Positions 36,087-48,264 of a DNA stretch of 64,000 nucleotides are shown piece after piece (within the stretch, counting starts at the first letter, position 1; every line of letters begins with the position of its first letter). The stretch comes from Utricularia gibba. Lineage: Eukaryota; Plantae; Magnoliophyta. Under the pieces are notes generated by a model. It was not told where the DNA came from. It saw nothing but the letters and a program-made list of their open reading frames with translations, and made no database searches. The position numbers were made by a program, and so were the translations under genes. The DNA lies in assembly GCA_002189035.1 (NCBI GenBank), contig CM007991.1:1240001-1304000 (forward strand). Direction: 5' to 3'.

Positions 36087-38321
36087 ATGGCGGCTTTTGA
36101 TGTGTTGAAGGTGGTTCGGGATTCTAACTTCTCTAAGTTTTCGAGACCGGTGTCTCTGAAATCGGTGGCATTTTTCTGCTCCCCCACCTCTTCCGAAATC
36201 CCAACATCCGATTCATTGGGCTCTGCGAATGAAGGTGGCGATGCCTCTGCTACGAGACGGAGGGAACCTAGGCGCCCAAGAGATCCTGAGAAAATCGAGG
36301 ATGTGATTTGTAGAATGATGGCAAACCGGGCGTGGACGACCCGTTTGCAGAACTCAATTCGGAACTTGGTTCCTAGATTCGATCATGAGCTGGTGTACAA
36401 TGTCTTGCACGGGGCCAAGAAGAGCGATCACGCCCTCCAGTTCTTTCGATGGGTTGAAAGGGCGAATCTTGTTCAACATAACAGAGAGGCGCATCACAAG
36501 ATTATTCAAATTTTGGGGCGTGCTTCGAAGCTAAATCATGCACGATGTATCTTGTTGGATATGCCACAAAAGGGAGCGGAATGGGATGAGGATATGTGGG
36601 TTTTGATGATTGATAGCTATGGAAAGGCTGGAATTGTTCAGGAGAGTGTGAAGATGTTTGAGAAGATGGCGGAGTTTGGAGTTGAGAGGACTGTTAATGC
36701 GTATGATACTTTATTTAAGGCAATACTTCGTCGGGGTAGATATATGATGGCGAAACGGTACTTCAACAAGATGTTGAGTGAAGGTATTGAGCCAACGAGG
36801 CATACTTTTAATATCATGCTTTGGGGGTTTTTTCTTTCAGGGAAAGTAGAGACTGCTAATAGATTTTTTGAGGATATGAAGAGTCGTGGAATTGCCCCAG
36901 ATGTTGTGACATATAATACCTTGATCAATGGATATTATCGTGTTAAGAAAATGGAAGAAGCGGAGATGTACTTTACTGAACTGAAGGAGATGAAATTTGA
37001 GCCTAATGTAATCACATTCACGACAATGATCAAGGGGTATGTTTCTATTGAACGTGTTGATGATGCGTTGAGAATGTTCGATGAGATGAAGAAGTCTGGT
37101 GTGAAGCCCAATGCCACTACTTTCTCAACTCTGTTACCTGGGCTATGTGATGCAGATTACATGTCACAAGCTCATACTCTCTTGAAGGAGATGGCCGAGA
37201 GGTATATTGCACCTGATGATAACTCGATTTTCATGAGACTTCTTTCTGGTCAATGCAAGGCTGGAAATTTGGATGCTGCTGCAGATGTGCTCAAGACTAT
37301 GATTAGGTTAAGTATCCCTACAGAAGCCGGGCATTATGGGGTTCTCATCGAGAATTTCTGCAAGGGTGGCCGATATGAAGGGGCAGTCAAGTACTTGGAT
37401 AAGCTTATTGAGAAAGATATTATCCTGAGGCCTGCAAGCACTCTGCATATGGAAGCTAGTGCATACAACACAATAGTTGAGTATCTGTGCAGAAATGGCC
37501 AAACTGCTAAAGCTGAAACATTAATTAGGCAGTTGATGAAATTGGGTGTCCAGGATCCGGTGGCCCTAAACAATCTAATATGTGGACATTCACGAGAAGG
37601 AGCTCCTGAATCCGCATCTGAGATTTTGAGAATTATGCTACGGAGGAATGTTGTGTTGGAGAAGGTTTCTTATGAATCACTCGTCGAAAGCTACTTGAGC
37701 AAGAATGATCCTTCTGAAGCTAAAGCCGCCCTTGAAAGTATGGTTGAAAATGGCCACATCCCGGATTCTTCTCTGTATCGGGCTGTGCTGGAGAGCTTGT
37801 TTGAAGATGGACGTGTTCAGTCAGCAAGCCGGGTGATGAAAATGATGCTGGAGAGAGAGGTGAAGGATCACAAGGAATTGATGTTCAAGATTTTAGAAGC
37901 GCTATTCATGAGGGGCCACGTCGAGGAAGCCCTTGGTAGATCTCAACTGCTGATGCAATCTGGCATAGCACCCGACTTTGATGCTCTGTTATCCATCCTG
38001 TGCAATAAAGGGAAAACAACTGCTGCACTGAAACTCCTGGATTATTGTCTGGAAAGAGATTACACTGTCGAAGTTTCAAGCTATGAAAAGGTATTGGATG
38101 CTCTGTTAGCTGCTGGACAGACTCTGAATGCATACTCCATTCTCTTCAAAATCGTGGATAAAGGGAATGCCACAGACTGGAGCTGCTGTAAGGATCTAAT
38201 TAAGAGTCTAAACGAGGGGGGTTTCACTAAGCAAGCAGACAACCTTTCCCGGATGATCAAAGGAGGGAGCAAGCAACCCGACAAGAGGAAAGGCAGCCGG
38301 AAGACTGTCATGGCTCAGTAG
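36087..38321 (+). CDS. P-type PPR protein, 744 aa; resembles At2g37230 (mitoribosomal rPPR5), by recall
   Basis: Intronless tandem PPR motifs. The N-terminal block ICRMMANRAWTTRLQNSIRNLVP..ALQFFRW..ASKLNHARCILLDMP matches the recalled orthologue. Confidence 0.88.
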   Translation: MAAFDVLKVVRDSNFSKFSRPVSLKSVAFFCSPTSSEIPTSDSLGSANEGGDASATRRREPRRPRDPEKIEDVICRMMANRAWTTRLQNSIRNLVPRFDHELVYNVLHGAKKSDHALQFFRWVERANLVQHNREAHHKIIQILGRASKLNHARCILLDMPQKGAEWDEDMWVLMIDSYGKAGIVQESVKMFEKMAEFGVERTVNAYDTLFKAILRRGRYMMAKRYFNKMLSEGIEPTRHTFNIMLWGFFLSGKVETANRFFEDMKSRGIAPDVVTYNTLINGYYRVKKMEEAEMYFTELKEMKFEPNVITFTTMIKGYVSIERVDDALRMFDEMKKSGVKPNATTFSTLLPGLCDADYMSQAHTLLKEMAERYIAPDDNSIFMRLLSGQCKAGNLDAAADVLKTMIRLSIPTEAGHYGVLIENFCKGGRYEGAVKYLDKLIEKDIILRPASTLHMEASAYNTIVEYLCRNGQTAKAETLIRQLMKLGVQDPVALNNLICGHSREGAPESASEILRIMLRRNVVLEKVSYESLVESYLSKNDPSEAKAALESMVENGHIPDSSLYRAVLESLFEDGRVQSASRVMKMMLEREVKDHKELMFKILEALFMRGHVEEALGRSQLLMQSGIAPDFDALLSILCNKGKTTAALKLLDYCLERDYTVEVSSYEKVLDALLAAGQTLNAYSILFKIVDKGNATDWSCCKDLIKSLNEGGFTKQADNLSRMIKGGSKQPDKRKGSRKTVMAQ

Positions 38322-38817
38322 AAGAAGCACATGTTTGTAGTTTCTTTTTCAAGGCTAGAAGTCGCTGGTTAATCACTGTGAAGCCTTCATGTAGACTGAT
38401 TCATATTGCCTCGTTTGGGAGAATACATTATTTTTTCATTGTGATTTGTTTTCTGGCATGATTCTGTTGCTGATCAAAAGGAAGAATCAGAATAGCAGAA
38501 GCAGGATGACTCTCAACTGCTGCTTCCGGGGGCTCTTTGCTATAATACGGAAGGTATATATACTTTTTTAAACAATAAAATAAAATCATATTATTATAAT
38601 TTCGATTTACGGAATAGTAAGGAGAGGAGGAAAGAGATGCCCCGCATGATTCTGGGCCTATGGTGGAGTTTGGCCCAATAAGACACAAAATAGCCCAAAT
38701 ATATGTCAATTAAAAATTTTAAAAAAAATGTATACGTTTCTTCCCTCGTTGTATGAAAACGTTCACTAGCCCTGCATTAAACTGTGGCGTACGAGTGAAT
38801 TCTTGAAAGGTAGAGAA

Positions 38818-40206
38818 ATGGCGAGGTCGTTTGTTTTGCCGCTGGGAGTTGATCCTCTGGAGGCCATACCATTGCCGCCTTTGCTTAGGACGATGCATTA
38901 TCGAGGAACGACTGGAAGTTGTTATGCTATCTTGCTCCGTTGGTGCCAATTTGTGTTCGCCGTCGTCTGTGTCCTCGCGATGCCTGAAGAATTCCCCTCC
39001 ATTTCGGCGTTCCGGTTGGTTTTTAGCCACCTTTGACATTTTTTATCGTCATGTTTGATAGATTCTGGATTTCTAGAGTGAAGTATGATGAGTACTTTGG
39101 AAGATTCACATTCTTGGTTACTTGGACTTCCTGTCGGGTTTCTATCTGATGTTTTTTGGCGTGAGATTATACATTAATTATTTGAGTTGTTTTCTATCTT
39201 CAAGTGTTCGATTTACTGTTTCAGAGCGAGCCTGATTTTTCACATTTCTTTGAAATATACTGGTGTATTAGTGTTTTCTCGATGGGTTTCTGGTCGGCGA
39301 TGTGCACATTGTAGTCCCTCTAGTTTTTCAGTCAGCCATTTGTGTAGCTTTTGAAGTGGAATGAAAATTGACATAAGCTCATGTGCTGTTTTGGTTTTCC
39401 TTGATTCAGTTACCTTTTAGGTGCTGTTGGTCTTCAAAGTGTATGGAGCACCGGCTTTCTTGTCATTGATACATATGCTTTTATGAGGAATATAAGGATC
39501 AGCAACCCTCAATGGCTTACTTTCTTTACCTTCGTTGATGGGGTAAGGAAAGCTCAACGTTGTCAATTTCCCTCTTTTGCTTAGCTAGTCTTAGATAAGA
39601 TAAAAAACTTGAAAATGGGTTGACAGTTTTCTGGTTTTGTATGATTTTTAGCATCGGCAAGCAGTTAAAATATGCCCCATAAATTCAATCAATGCTTCCC
39701 AGTCTCATGCTAGATTGTTTTCCTGCTAAATGAAGAAGGCTCTGGTGTATTTGAACACTCTGTTATCTGTTTTCAATTTTTGCCTGAAGCAGAGGTACTT
39801 GATGTGTATATATGCGTGCGGTCTTGCTGCAGCTGCTCTAGGGCTATGAATTCTCTGTGATAGTTCCCATGAAAGAGATACTTTGCTATGCACTTAGCCT
39901 TCAAAAAACTTGTTTGTGATGTGAATTGTCGATGTTGCCTGGTTATCCCCATGTCTTAAGTTCTTTCTGCTTAGCCATTCTGAAGATTGTCGTTTAAATC
40001 TGCAGGCAACCTCCACTCTAACATTTTCGGCTGCCAGTGCAGCGGCCGGCATCACGGTTCTTATAAGTCATGATCTTGAAAAATGCAGTGTGAACTACTG
40101 TGGTCGGCTCATCTCTGCAACAGCTACTGCCTTTCTGAGCTCCTTCGCTGCTTCAACTTCCTTCTTCCTGAATTTCTGGACTCTGGGAGCGGCAACTGTT
40201 GCGTAG
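38818..40206 (+). CDS. CASPL5A: CASP-like protein 5A, copy A (exons 38818-39014, 39410-39543, 40006-40206)
   Basis: LR..QF.FA..C..AM...FPS..AFR|YLL.A.GLQS.WS...DG|.[21 protein letters not shown]...TA.AF..SF...SF.LNFW.L. Confidence 0.85.
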
Positions 40207-40738
40207 TTATCAGGTGGTTTTCAATTTTTGATAGTTTTCTGTGCATTTTAGACCAGCAAAGGCATACCCTTCCAGGTAGCCTCTTGGCACTCATTCAACT
40301 AAGAAGTGCATACATAGTAATCGTCTCCAACTTTTTCTGTCATGATACTTCAGAATGACTTGTTGGGTCACATATTACTTTCAAAATATTTAAATAATAA
40401 TGTTTTATTTAAAATTGGGATATCTACTCATCCCATGACTCGTGGTTGGGCAAAGAGGAGGATCGTATACACAGCCCCTGAAGCTTCAGATAATGTGAGC
40501 CTTTAGTCGAGTTTAGCCCAATCTTTCATGGGCCTGGAGCCCAAAAAGGCCAGTTGGAAAAAAAAGAAGTAATGCATAGATATATATATATATATATATA
40601 ATATAGATATAAGTTCCCGCCAGTTCCGACATAAACCGCTATTCTTCTTTTTTTCACGGATGAAGAATTTCCGATTCTGTGGAGTACTTTTGCCTTCTTT
40701 CGGTAGCATTTGTGGATTCTTGAAAGGTTCTAGAAGTA

Positions 40739-41989
40739 ATGGCGTCGAGTATTCAGCCGGTGGAAATTGATCCGCCGGAGGCGGCGCCAGCGGTGCCGCG
40801 GTTGCTTAGGACGAGAATTTATCCAGGAATGACTGGAAGTTTTTATGCGGTCGTCCTCCGAATTTTCCAATGTATTCCCGCTATCGCTGCCCTCTGCCTC
40901 ATGTCTACCACCTCTTATTTCCCCTCCGATGCGGCGTTCCGGTTGGTGGTTGATCTCCTTCGGTTTTGTTTATTGTCATGTTAAGAATGTTCTGGGTTTC
41001 TTGAGTAACGCATGGGAAGTATATTCCTCGATTTACTTTCTTGGATGCTTTTGATTCCTTCTGGGGGATGGGATTTGGGAAAATTTCCATGTGTACTTTT
41101 CCTCTGTTCGGATTCGATCTGGTTTCCTGATCTAGAGCGAGCCTGAATTTTGACATTTACTTGAAATTTACTGGTGTTCAGTGTTATGGTTTCTGAAAAT
41201 TGCATATTCTGGTGCCCTGTTTTGGTTTTCCTTCACCAGTTACCTTTTAGCTGCTGTTGGTCTTCAAAGTATATGGAGCATGTCTTCAGGTTTTATGGAC
41301 ACAATTGCTTTTACGTTGAATCTGCGTATCAACAATCGTGTGTTGGCTGCTTCGATGGCTTTTGGTGATGGGGTAAGGAAACGTTAACGTTAAAAATTAC
41401 CCTTGATTGCTTAGATTGTCTTGGATACTTTTGAAATTGGGATTCCATGTTTATGATTCCATATGATTTTGAAAATAAAAAAGCAGTTAAATTGTCTCCA
41501 AGTCTTGCTTATTGTTTTCCTGATACATCAAGAAGGACCTTGTGCTTTCTACAAGTTGGTAGTTGCTGTCATTTCTGTGATTTGAAAACTCTGTTATCTG
41601 ACTTCGGCTTGTGGATGGCAATATGTTCTTAAGCCTAGCTACTTGGCGGGTACAAATACACTCTTGTTGTTTGTAGCTGCTATTTAACCTTCATTAACTT
41701 GCTAGTTCTCTGGACCAGTGGATTGCAATGTTGTGCAGGTGTTTCCATATCCTCGTTTCTTCCTGATGCACTTGATAATGATTTGCAGATAACATCCACT
41801 CTAACATTTTCGGCTGCCAGTGCTTCGGCCGGACTTGCGGTGCTTCTAACTCGTGATCTTGGTAAATGCAATGTGAACCATTGTGATACCCTCATGGAAG
41901 CAACAGCCATGGCTTTTTTCAGCTCGCTTGTTGCACTGCCTTCCTTCTTTGTGAATGTCTGGTCTCTGGCCGCGGCATCAGTTGTATAG
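40739..41989 (+). CDS. CASPL5A: CASP-like protein 5A, copy B (exons 40739-40941, 41240-41373, 41789-41989)
   Basis: Same exon phases and motifs as copy A ([16 protein letters not shown]|[29 protein letters not shown]). Confidence 0.85.
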
Positions 41990-42239
41990 TCGTGTGGTTG
42001 CTTTCACTTTTCATTTCACAGGTTATTCCCTTGTGAGAGATGATAGAACACAGAGAGGCTTTTTGTATCTGCCCCAAGCCACACCCTTTCCAGTAATACT
42101 CTTGGTATTCTTCAATGATACTGATCGAAACTAGGAACAATTTTTGCAGCTACTGAAATAATGATGGTAAAATCCGTTCGTCAAGTATTTCACACACCAA
42201 GATCATATGCCCTGAAGACCTTAAATGGGGTGTAGCCCG

Positions 42240-42330
42240 AATGCTATCACGGTTCTTACAAGGACCTGTGTAGATTCATGTCAGCAACAGCTGTGGCTCT
42301 TTTGAGCTCCTTCGTTGCTTCTATGAGGTT
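42240..42330 (+). pseudogene. Relic of CASPL5A exon 3 (third copy)
   Basis: ATCACGGTTCTTA...GCAACAGCTGTGGCTCTTTTGAGCTCCTTCGTTGCTTC aligns with copy A exon 3, with an internal deletion. Exons 1 and 2 were not found. Confidence 0.7.
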
Positions 42331-42831
42331 TTTGCATCTGCCCCAAGTTTCCACTTTTCGTTTCACTGTTTTCTGTACAAATTATCTTGGATTTCAGACA
42401 AGCAAAGAAAGGCAGAGAGTCATCAGTGATATGGATCGACCCTATAGAAATGGGCCGTGCGTTGAAGGATGTACGCACTTTCACTCAATTTCTGGCACAT
42501 GGATCTGACTCGTATGCCTCCGAGGTGTGGTTTGCCAAGCAAGCTCAGCCCAGGTGGCCACCTGGATACATCTCTACCAAAAACTCGTTATCCTGCGATA
42601 GCATCTGCTGGTTGGATTTAGATTTTGTTTAACTGACTAAGGTTCCGGCGCCGACGCCGCCGCCGGGTTCATCGGAGTCACCGGATACGAAATTCCATGC
42701 TCCTGGGATTAAGGATTCGAAATTTGAAGAGTATGTGCATTTTATTTTGGCAACGGACTACAGACTAGTATCGGAAGCAAGAAATAGCAACACGAATTCC
42801 AGTTTGAAGCAAAAGATGGCATTTTGATATG

Positions 42832-43179
42832 TCATAGAAAGATACAAAATCTTCCAGCCGCCGGAGTTTTTGAAGCTCGAACAACGGCAAGAAAAATGGC
42901 TTCATCGCAGGGGATACGGAGTTTTGAACTAGAAACGAATTCGTACATTTCCCAAGCTTGGTCAAGCAGAGCTCGGAACAATGGGTGCCTCAGTAGGGTA
43001 ACTTTTATCACATATCTCTTCTCTTCTTCTCCAACATACACTGGTAAATGACCTTTAGGAACTCCTCCAGAGATAATCTCCTCATCGTCGTGGAAATCCC
43101 ACAGTGGCCATTTGCAGCAAGCAGGTATAGCTCTTCGATTCTTGTATAGCCACCTTGCAATGCATGACTTGTGGAACAT
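42832..43179 (-). CDS. SAUR-family auxin-responsive protein
   Basis: VPKGHLPVYVGEEEKRYVIKVTLLRHPLFRALLDQA..YEF...KLRIPCDE. Intronless, with a TATA-like repeat near 43290. Confidence 0.93.
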   Translation of the reverse strand: MFHKSCIARWLYKNRRAIPACCKWPLWDFHDDEEIISGGVPKGHLPVYVGEEEKRYVIKVTLLRHPLFRALLDQAWEMYEFVSSSKLRIPCDEAIFLAVVRASKTPAAGRFCIFL

Positions 43180-43599
43180 TTTGCTCTAAAGAATTCTGAA
43201 AGGAACCGTACAGAAAGTGGGAAAATGATTTAAGAACTGAATGCTCTGTTTCTTTATGAAGAATGACAACCGAAAGCGAGAGCTGCTGTGTGTATATATA
43301 TAGAGTTGGAAATGGCTGATGTTGCTGATGAACTGTAAATCTCTGTCGTTGTTTCGCAGTCATACCAGCTAGAAGTGCTTGCGTGTTGCTCATTGCCATT
43401 AATTACTACATGTGAGAGAACAGAGCACTGAGCTGTGATAGAGGACAATTTTAGTGTATTTTTTTCCTTAGGTCTTTATGGAAAAATATGTTTCAGTACA
43501 GATAGCTAGCTAAGCCAGGCTAGTGGAGAGAATTGCTCTGATGATTCCTCTTTTCATATTCAGTAGCAGAAAACAGTGTGAAAATAATGAAAAAGGTAG

Positions 43600-45115
43600 A
43601 TTCTTGAAGGAGACCTACTCAACTGGAGAGCTAACATGTATGCTGAGTTAGGAAACTGCTTCATCGACCACAATTGCTGTGCTTTCATTGCGAATGTATA
43701 GCATGGGACTGGGGAGCCAAAATGGAAGCCCGTTGGATTCTTTGAAAGTTGGAATCAGCCTCACGGGCACGATGTGTATATACTCTTGTGATGCATTTCA
43801 CTCATGTCAGAGGAAGAGGTACTTAGTGACATGACTGACAACCCTTATCCGCTTTTATCCAGAAATATGCAAAGGGATTTAGCTAGCCAGTGAAACACCA
43901 GTCTCAAGTTCGCTGGTAAACAGCGCATGTAGGGTATGGTCTCCCTAGTGGGGCATCTATGCATTCAGGTTGCAGGGTGCACACATTTTCATTCAGAAAA
44001 GTGAATCATTGTGGGGTGAAACACATTTGTTTCTTGTATTAATAATCACATGCATCTCTGCTTCTTCCTCTGTGCAGCATAGCTGGCGTACGGTACGGTC
44101 TGCTGACATTTTCCATTCTCCAGGGACGCAACGTGGGAGCTTTGAACTGCTACAGAAGCTTCTGCTTCCATGCATTATTGATCTGGGAAACACTGAGACC
44201 GGTAGTATCTATTATCCGGAGCATGTTTCAAGATGCTTAGTATCCGCCATTGGATGGTCCTTGCATCAGAACTACTTCCCTAAGCCTGCAGAGGGTTGGG
44301 GGGCAATGAGAAAAAGACGCCAAACTTTCTTGTACACTATTTGCCAAGGGCCAAAAAAAAAGTACGGTTTTATACGTACAAGGACTGGTCTTCACATCTG
44401 TCCTTGGAGGCTTAAAAGACGAGCCAACATGCGTTTAAATAGATGCTTAAAAGGATAAACGAAGGCTCGTGCTCGCGCAACGACGGCGGATTTCTAACTG
44501 AAGACAATGATATTCTAACGAGATTAATGAAATCAGTGGCTTACAAGAAAGCATGGTGTTGCATACCGTGATCGTTTCGTGTCTGCTGGTCTGGATACCA
44601 CTTCTTCTGCATTGACATGGTTCTTTCTAGAAACCCAAGGTACTCCTGCAAGACATCAGAAGACATGGCTTCCCAAATGACAGACAATTATAATGTGAAA
44701 CTATTAGTTTACACTCACCATTTCGAGACTCCGAGGCTATCCTCCAGATACTTGGGATTTCAAAGTACCCAACCGAAACAATATTTCACCTGAAGGAACG
44801 TTCGTCAAGAAAGGCTCCTTTGTAGTCTATCTTAAGGCTGCAATGAGAGTTCTTGAGGAACCGGTGTTTCAGCTGGAACGTTGACTGGAGAAGGCAGGAG
44901 GGGCAGGCAAGCGGATTTTCAAGATCATGGATCCATCTGTGTTTCCTTTGTTTAATGGTGAGCCAAGAACATGCTTGGGAAAGGATATGTCCTTGCAAAT
45001 GAAGAGTGTCATAGCTGGTGTTCTTCGGAAGTTTCAAATCATTCTGGTCAATGGATTGAAGCTGACATACTACGCAGTTTAGCTATCCACCTACAAAAGT
45101 GAAGCTCATATTTAA
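43600..45115 (+). pseudogene. Cytochrome P450 pseudogene, CYP94-like (CYP86 clan)
   Basis: I-helix SAGLDTTSSALTWFF (from 44585). Frameshifted ETxRL (44725). PEGTFVKKG. ER*L with TGA in place of Trp (44882). Heme motif FNGEPRTCLGKDM (from 44951). Many stops and indels; 5' boundary approximate. Confidence 0.85.
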
Positions 45116-45249
45116 ACTTGTCCTATGATATATTTTGCATCTATATTGTGATAGCGTGTTTTTCAGAACAGTAAGCAGATCGGAAAGCCAAATAAACATA
45201 CCGGTGAGGGCAACGCCATTTTCCCAAGTGTACACACAGAAACGAATAA

Positions 45250-47075
45250 TCAACTGTCATTGAGGCTCCCCACAAGAGAAGCATACACAGTGTCATCAGG
45301 GGTGAAACCAGCCCCTATCATCTCATCATACAACTTGAAAGCTTCATCCTTTCTTCCATGTCTTGCTAAACCTGATATCAATGCTGTAAAAGTTACCTCA
45401 TTTGGAGTTATTTTCTTCTGCAGCATTTCATCAAAGAGCATCAATGCATTGTCTGTCTTCCCCAAAATACACTCCCCATAGATGATTGAAGTATATGTGA
45501 ACACATCAGGGCTCAGCCCGTGGTCTTCCATTTTTCTTCTCAGCAAATTGGCTTCTTTGATCTCCCCCTTCTTGCAGTATCCTTCTATCAAAGCATTGAA
45601 AGCTGCAGCAACAGGTTTCTCCATCTCTCTTAATAGTCTCTTGGCTTCCTTAAAGTCACCTTCCTTGCTGTAAATAGAGATCAGTAGTGTGTAACAATGT
45701 GAATTCAGGCGAACACCGTTTTCTGACATCGAGAACAGTAATGCTTTTGCTTCATCCTGCTGATTTAGCTTACACAAACCACTAGCAATGGTGTGATAAG
45801 CATAAACATCAGTTTCAAATCCTTTACTCTCCATAATCCCCTGCAGTCTCCGGGCTTCATCAATTCTGCCCTGATTACAATACCCATATATCAATGTATT
45901 GAAAATAATCTGATTCAAATCTATTCCTTTCGTTTGCATCTCTTCGAGCAGAATTTCCGCTGCTTCCATTTTCCCAACTTTGCAAACACCGTAAATCAAT
46001 GAACCATAAGTGTGTACGTTAGGTTCCAATCCCATTTCCACCAACTCATCAAACAAATAAAATGCCCTTTTAACATCACCTTGACTACTGTAGAAACTGA
46101 TCATAGACGTGTAGAAACGAATGTCACATCTTATACCTTTCTCACGCATTTCGTCAAGGAGCTTCTTCACTTCTGCAGCCTTCCCATTATTCTTAAACCA
46201 TTCGACCAAAATGCTGTAAGTTGCGGCATTGAACTCCATCCCAGATTTCAATGTAGCCCCCAGAATTTCTTCAACTCCTCTTCCATCTGCTTTCTTCGCA
46301 TAGGCATCTAAAAATGTATTGTAAGTATAGATTCCAGGTTTAGTTCCTCTATTGACCAAATCAATCATCAATATCCTAGCTTTCAATATTTCATCTCTTT
46401 CGCAAAGGACATGAATCATCATAGTCATCGAATATACTGTGATAATGACGTTACTTTCCACCATTCTCTGAAAGAAACTCATCAAAAAATCAAACATATG
46501 ACGCTTTTTGAACTCGATCAAGTATACGATGCAAGATTGTTCTTCAACCTCATATCCATTACTGACCATATACTCAAAAATCTCCATACCCTGACGAAAT
46601 TTCCCATTATCAGCAAAAACCCTAAACAACATATCTAAAAACTTGGTCTTTAGTTTGAGGTCCGTACCAATTTCGGATACCATTGAAGCTATTTCTGAAA
46701 TTGGATATTTGAGATCATCGTCTGTAACAACGACGTTCAAAATATTCTTGGCCTCCGCGAATCTTCTAGCTCCGAAGAGACGAATGGCGAGTATCAAGTG
46801 AGCTTCAAGACTCGGACTCCGACGAGTCAAGGAGCCGCCATTCTTTTGCAGATACCTGAAGAATTTCAACGATAACGAAGCGGGTATCTCTGGGTTAGAA
46901 ACAACGAGGCGGATTACATCGCTGTTGAGATCGAAAAGAAGGGGGATGGGACTGAGATGAATTTGGGGGAAGAACGAATTAGAGCCTTGGAAATCAATTT
47001 CGCAGCACATTCACTAGACTTGGATCCCGCACTCAAGTTGAAGGCTTGCCTTGCAACCTTGTAAAAGCTGGACAT
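45250..47075 (-). CDS. P-type PPR protein (At2g32630-like, by recall); apparent 1-nt frameshift near 46940-46970
   Basis: 586-aa ORF of tandem PPR motifs (LLFDLNSDVIRLVVS..KFF; FLDMLFRVFADNG). An upstream ATG at 47075 gives a targeting-peptide-like MSSFYKVARQAF.. that is 65 nt out of register with the main ORF. Confidence 0.85.
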
Positions 47076-47193
47076 GGAGCCCAGCCGCAGTGATCCACCG
47101 ATCGAACGTTACAATCTCCGGCGCTCCAGGGAGGGAAATAGAAGCGACAATTAAAAAAACTCCTCGACATTATTTTTTTCCGAGAACGTCTAT

Positions 47194-47272
47194 TGGGCCT
47201 GTCAGCATTTGGGCGTAGGCCACTTATTGGGCCTTGCAGCCGTCCAGAGTAAATTAAGTGGGCCTAGGCCCA
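47194..47272. promoter_or_regulatory. Site II array upstream of the PPR gene
   Basis: TGGGCC at 47194, 47228 and 47259, and GGCCCA at 47267. Confidence 0.65.
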
Positions 47273-48264
47273 CATGAAGCTATCCTTTCAGCACATGTCC
47301 ATTTGGGTATAATTACCAAAAAGCACAGGGGTTCTATGTTTTGGAACCAATAGTCAAATATGTAGGGGACAGAAACAGCACACATGAGGCAGTGTGTTTA
47401 CTCCCATGCCCTAATGAACAAAAGTTAGGACCCCCAATTTCCCATGTAACACCTCTCCTTTCTAACATCTTCCCTTGTCTCATTCTTTCCATTAAAAATC
47501 ATTTTCCAACATTTACTAAAAAACCTTACTCCATATAATTTGTCACGCGTTTGATAAAAAAAAATGATGTTATCACTAGAAAAGAACAGACTAATGTTAC
47601 TAACACACTAGTGGATGCTCTACCACTTATAGGCAAATGTACACTCATATGGCCCAGCACACAAGGACTTGAGATTTACTTATCATACATAACAGGAACA
47701 ATCAAATGTTAATAAAAAAAAAAAAAAAACACCCCAATCTTGGTCACTCCTTACATGGGAGAGAACGATAAAATAAAACTGCGTTTGGAAAAATCACTTA
47801 TCTTTTCATAAAGTCAATTACTTATTAAATGATTATAGATATTTATCTTATGTTTTAGGAATTAAAAGTTAAATTGGGAAATTATAAGCATTTGTAAAAT
47901 AAATTATACAATAAGTTAGGGTCATTTATAAATTTGGCACCCTAACAATCTCTCACACACACTACATTAAAAAAAATTATATTAAAGATTTCTAAATACC
48001 CCCAATAAGTTATGTTTTTATTTGATGATATTTAATATTGTGTCCTTACAGGTTCTGAATTTCGATTACTTATGTTGATGTCTTAAAAAACGCATATGTC
48101 GCTTATGTGGTGAGGTGCAATTGTGATGAGTCTGGGGAGGTGGGGGTAGACACTCGTGTACTTACCTTAGTTTTCCCATTTCCTGTCGCCTCTTTAAACC
48201 CGGAGCTCACTCACCTCGCCCTCCCATTACTGCACTTGCTCACGTACTCCAACCCAGAGAGGGC

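Noticed and set aside
43090-43179. The SAUR N-terminus MFHKSCIARWL resembles a RING-H2 half (FHxxCIxxWL), suggesting a RING-SAUR fusion
   Set aside because: An in-frame stop lies three codons upstream, so the first RING ligands are missing. The segment fits the Cys/Trp-containing N-terminus recalled for this SAUR subgroup.
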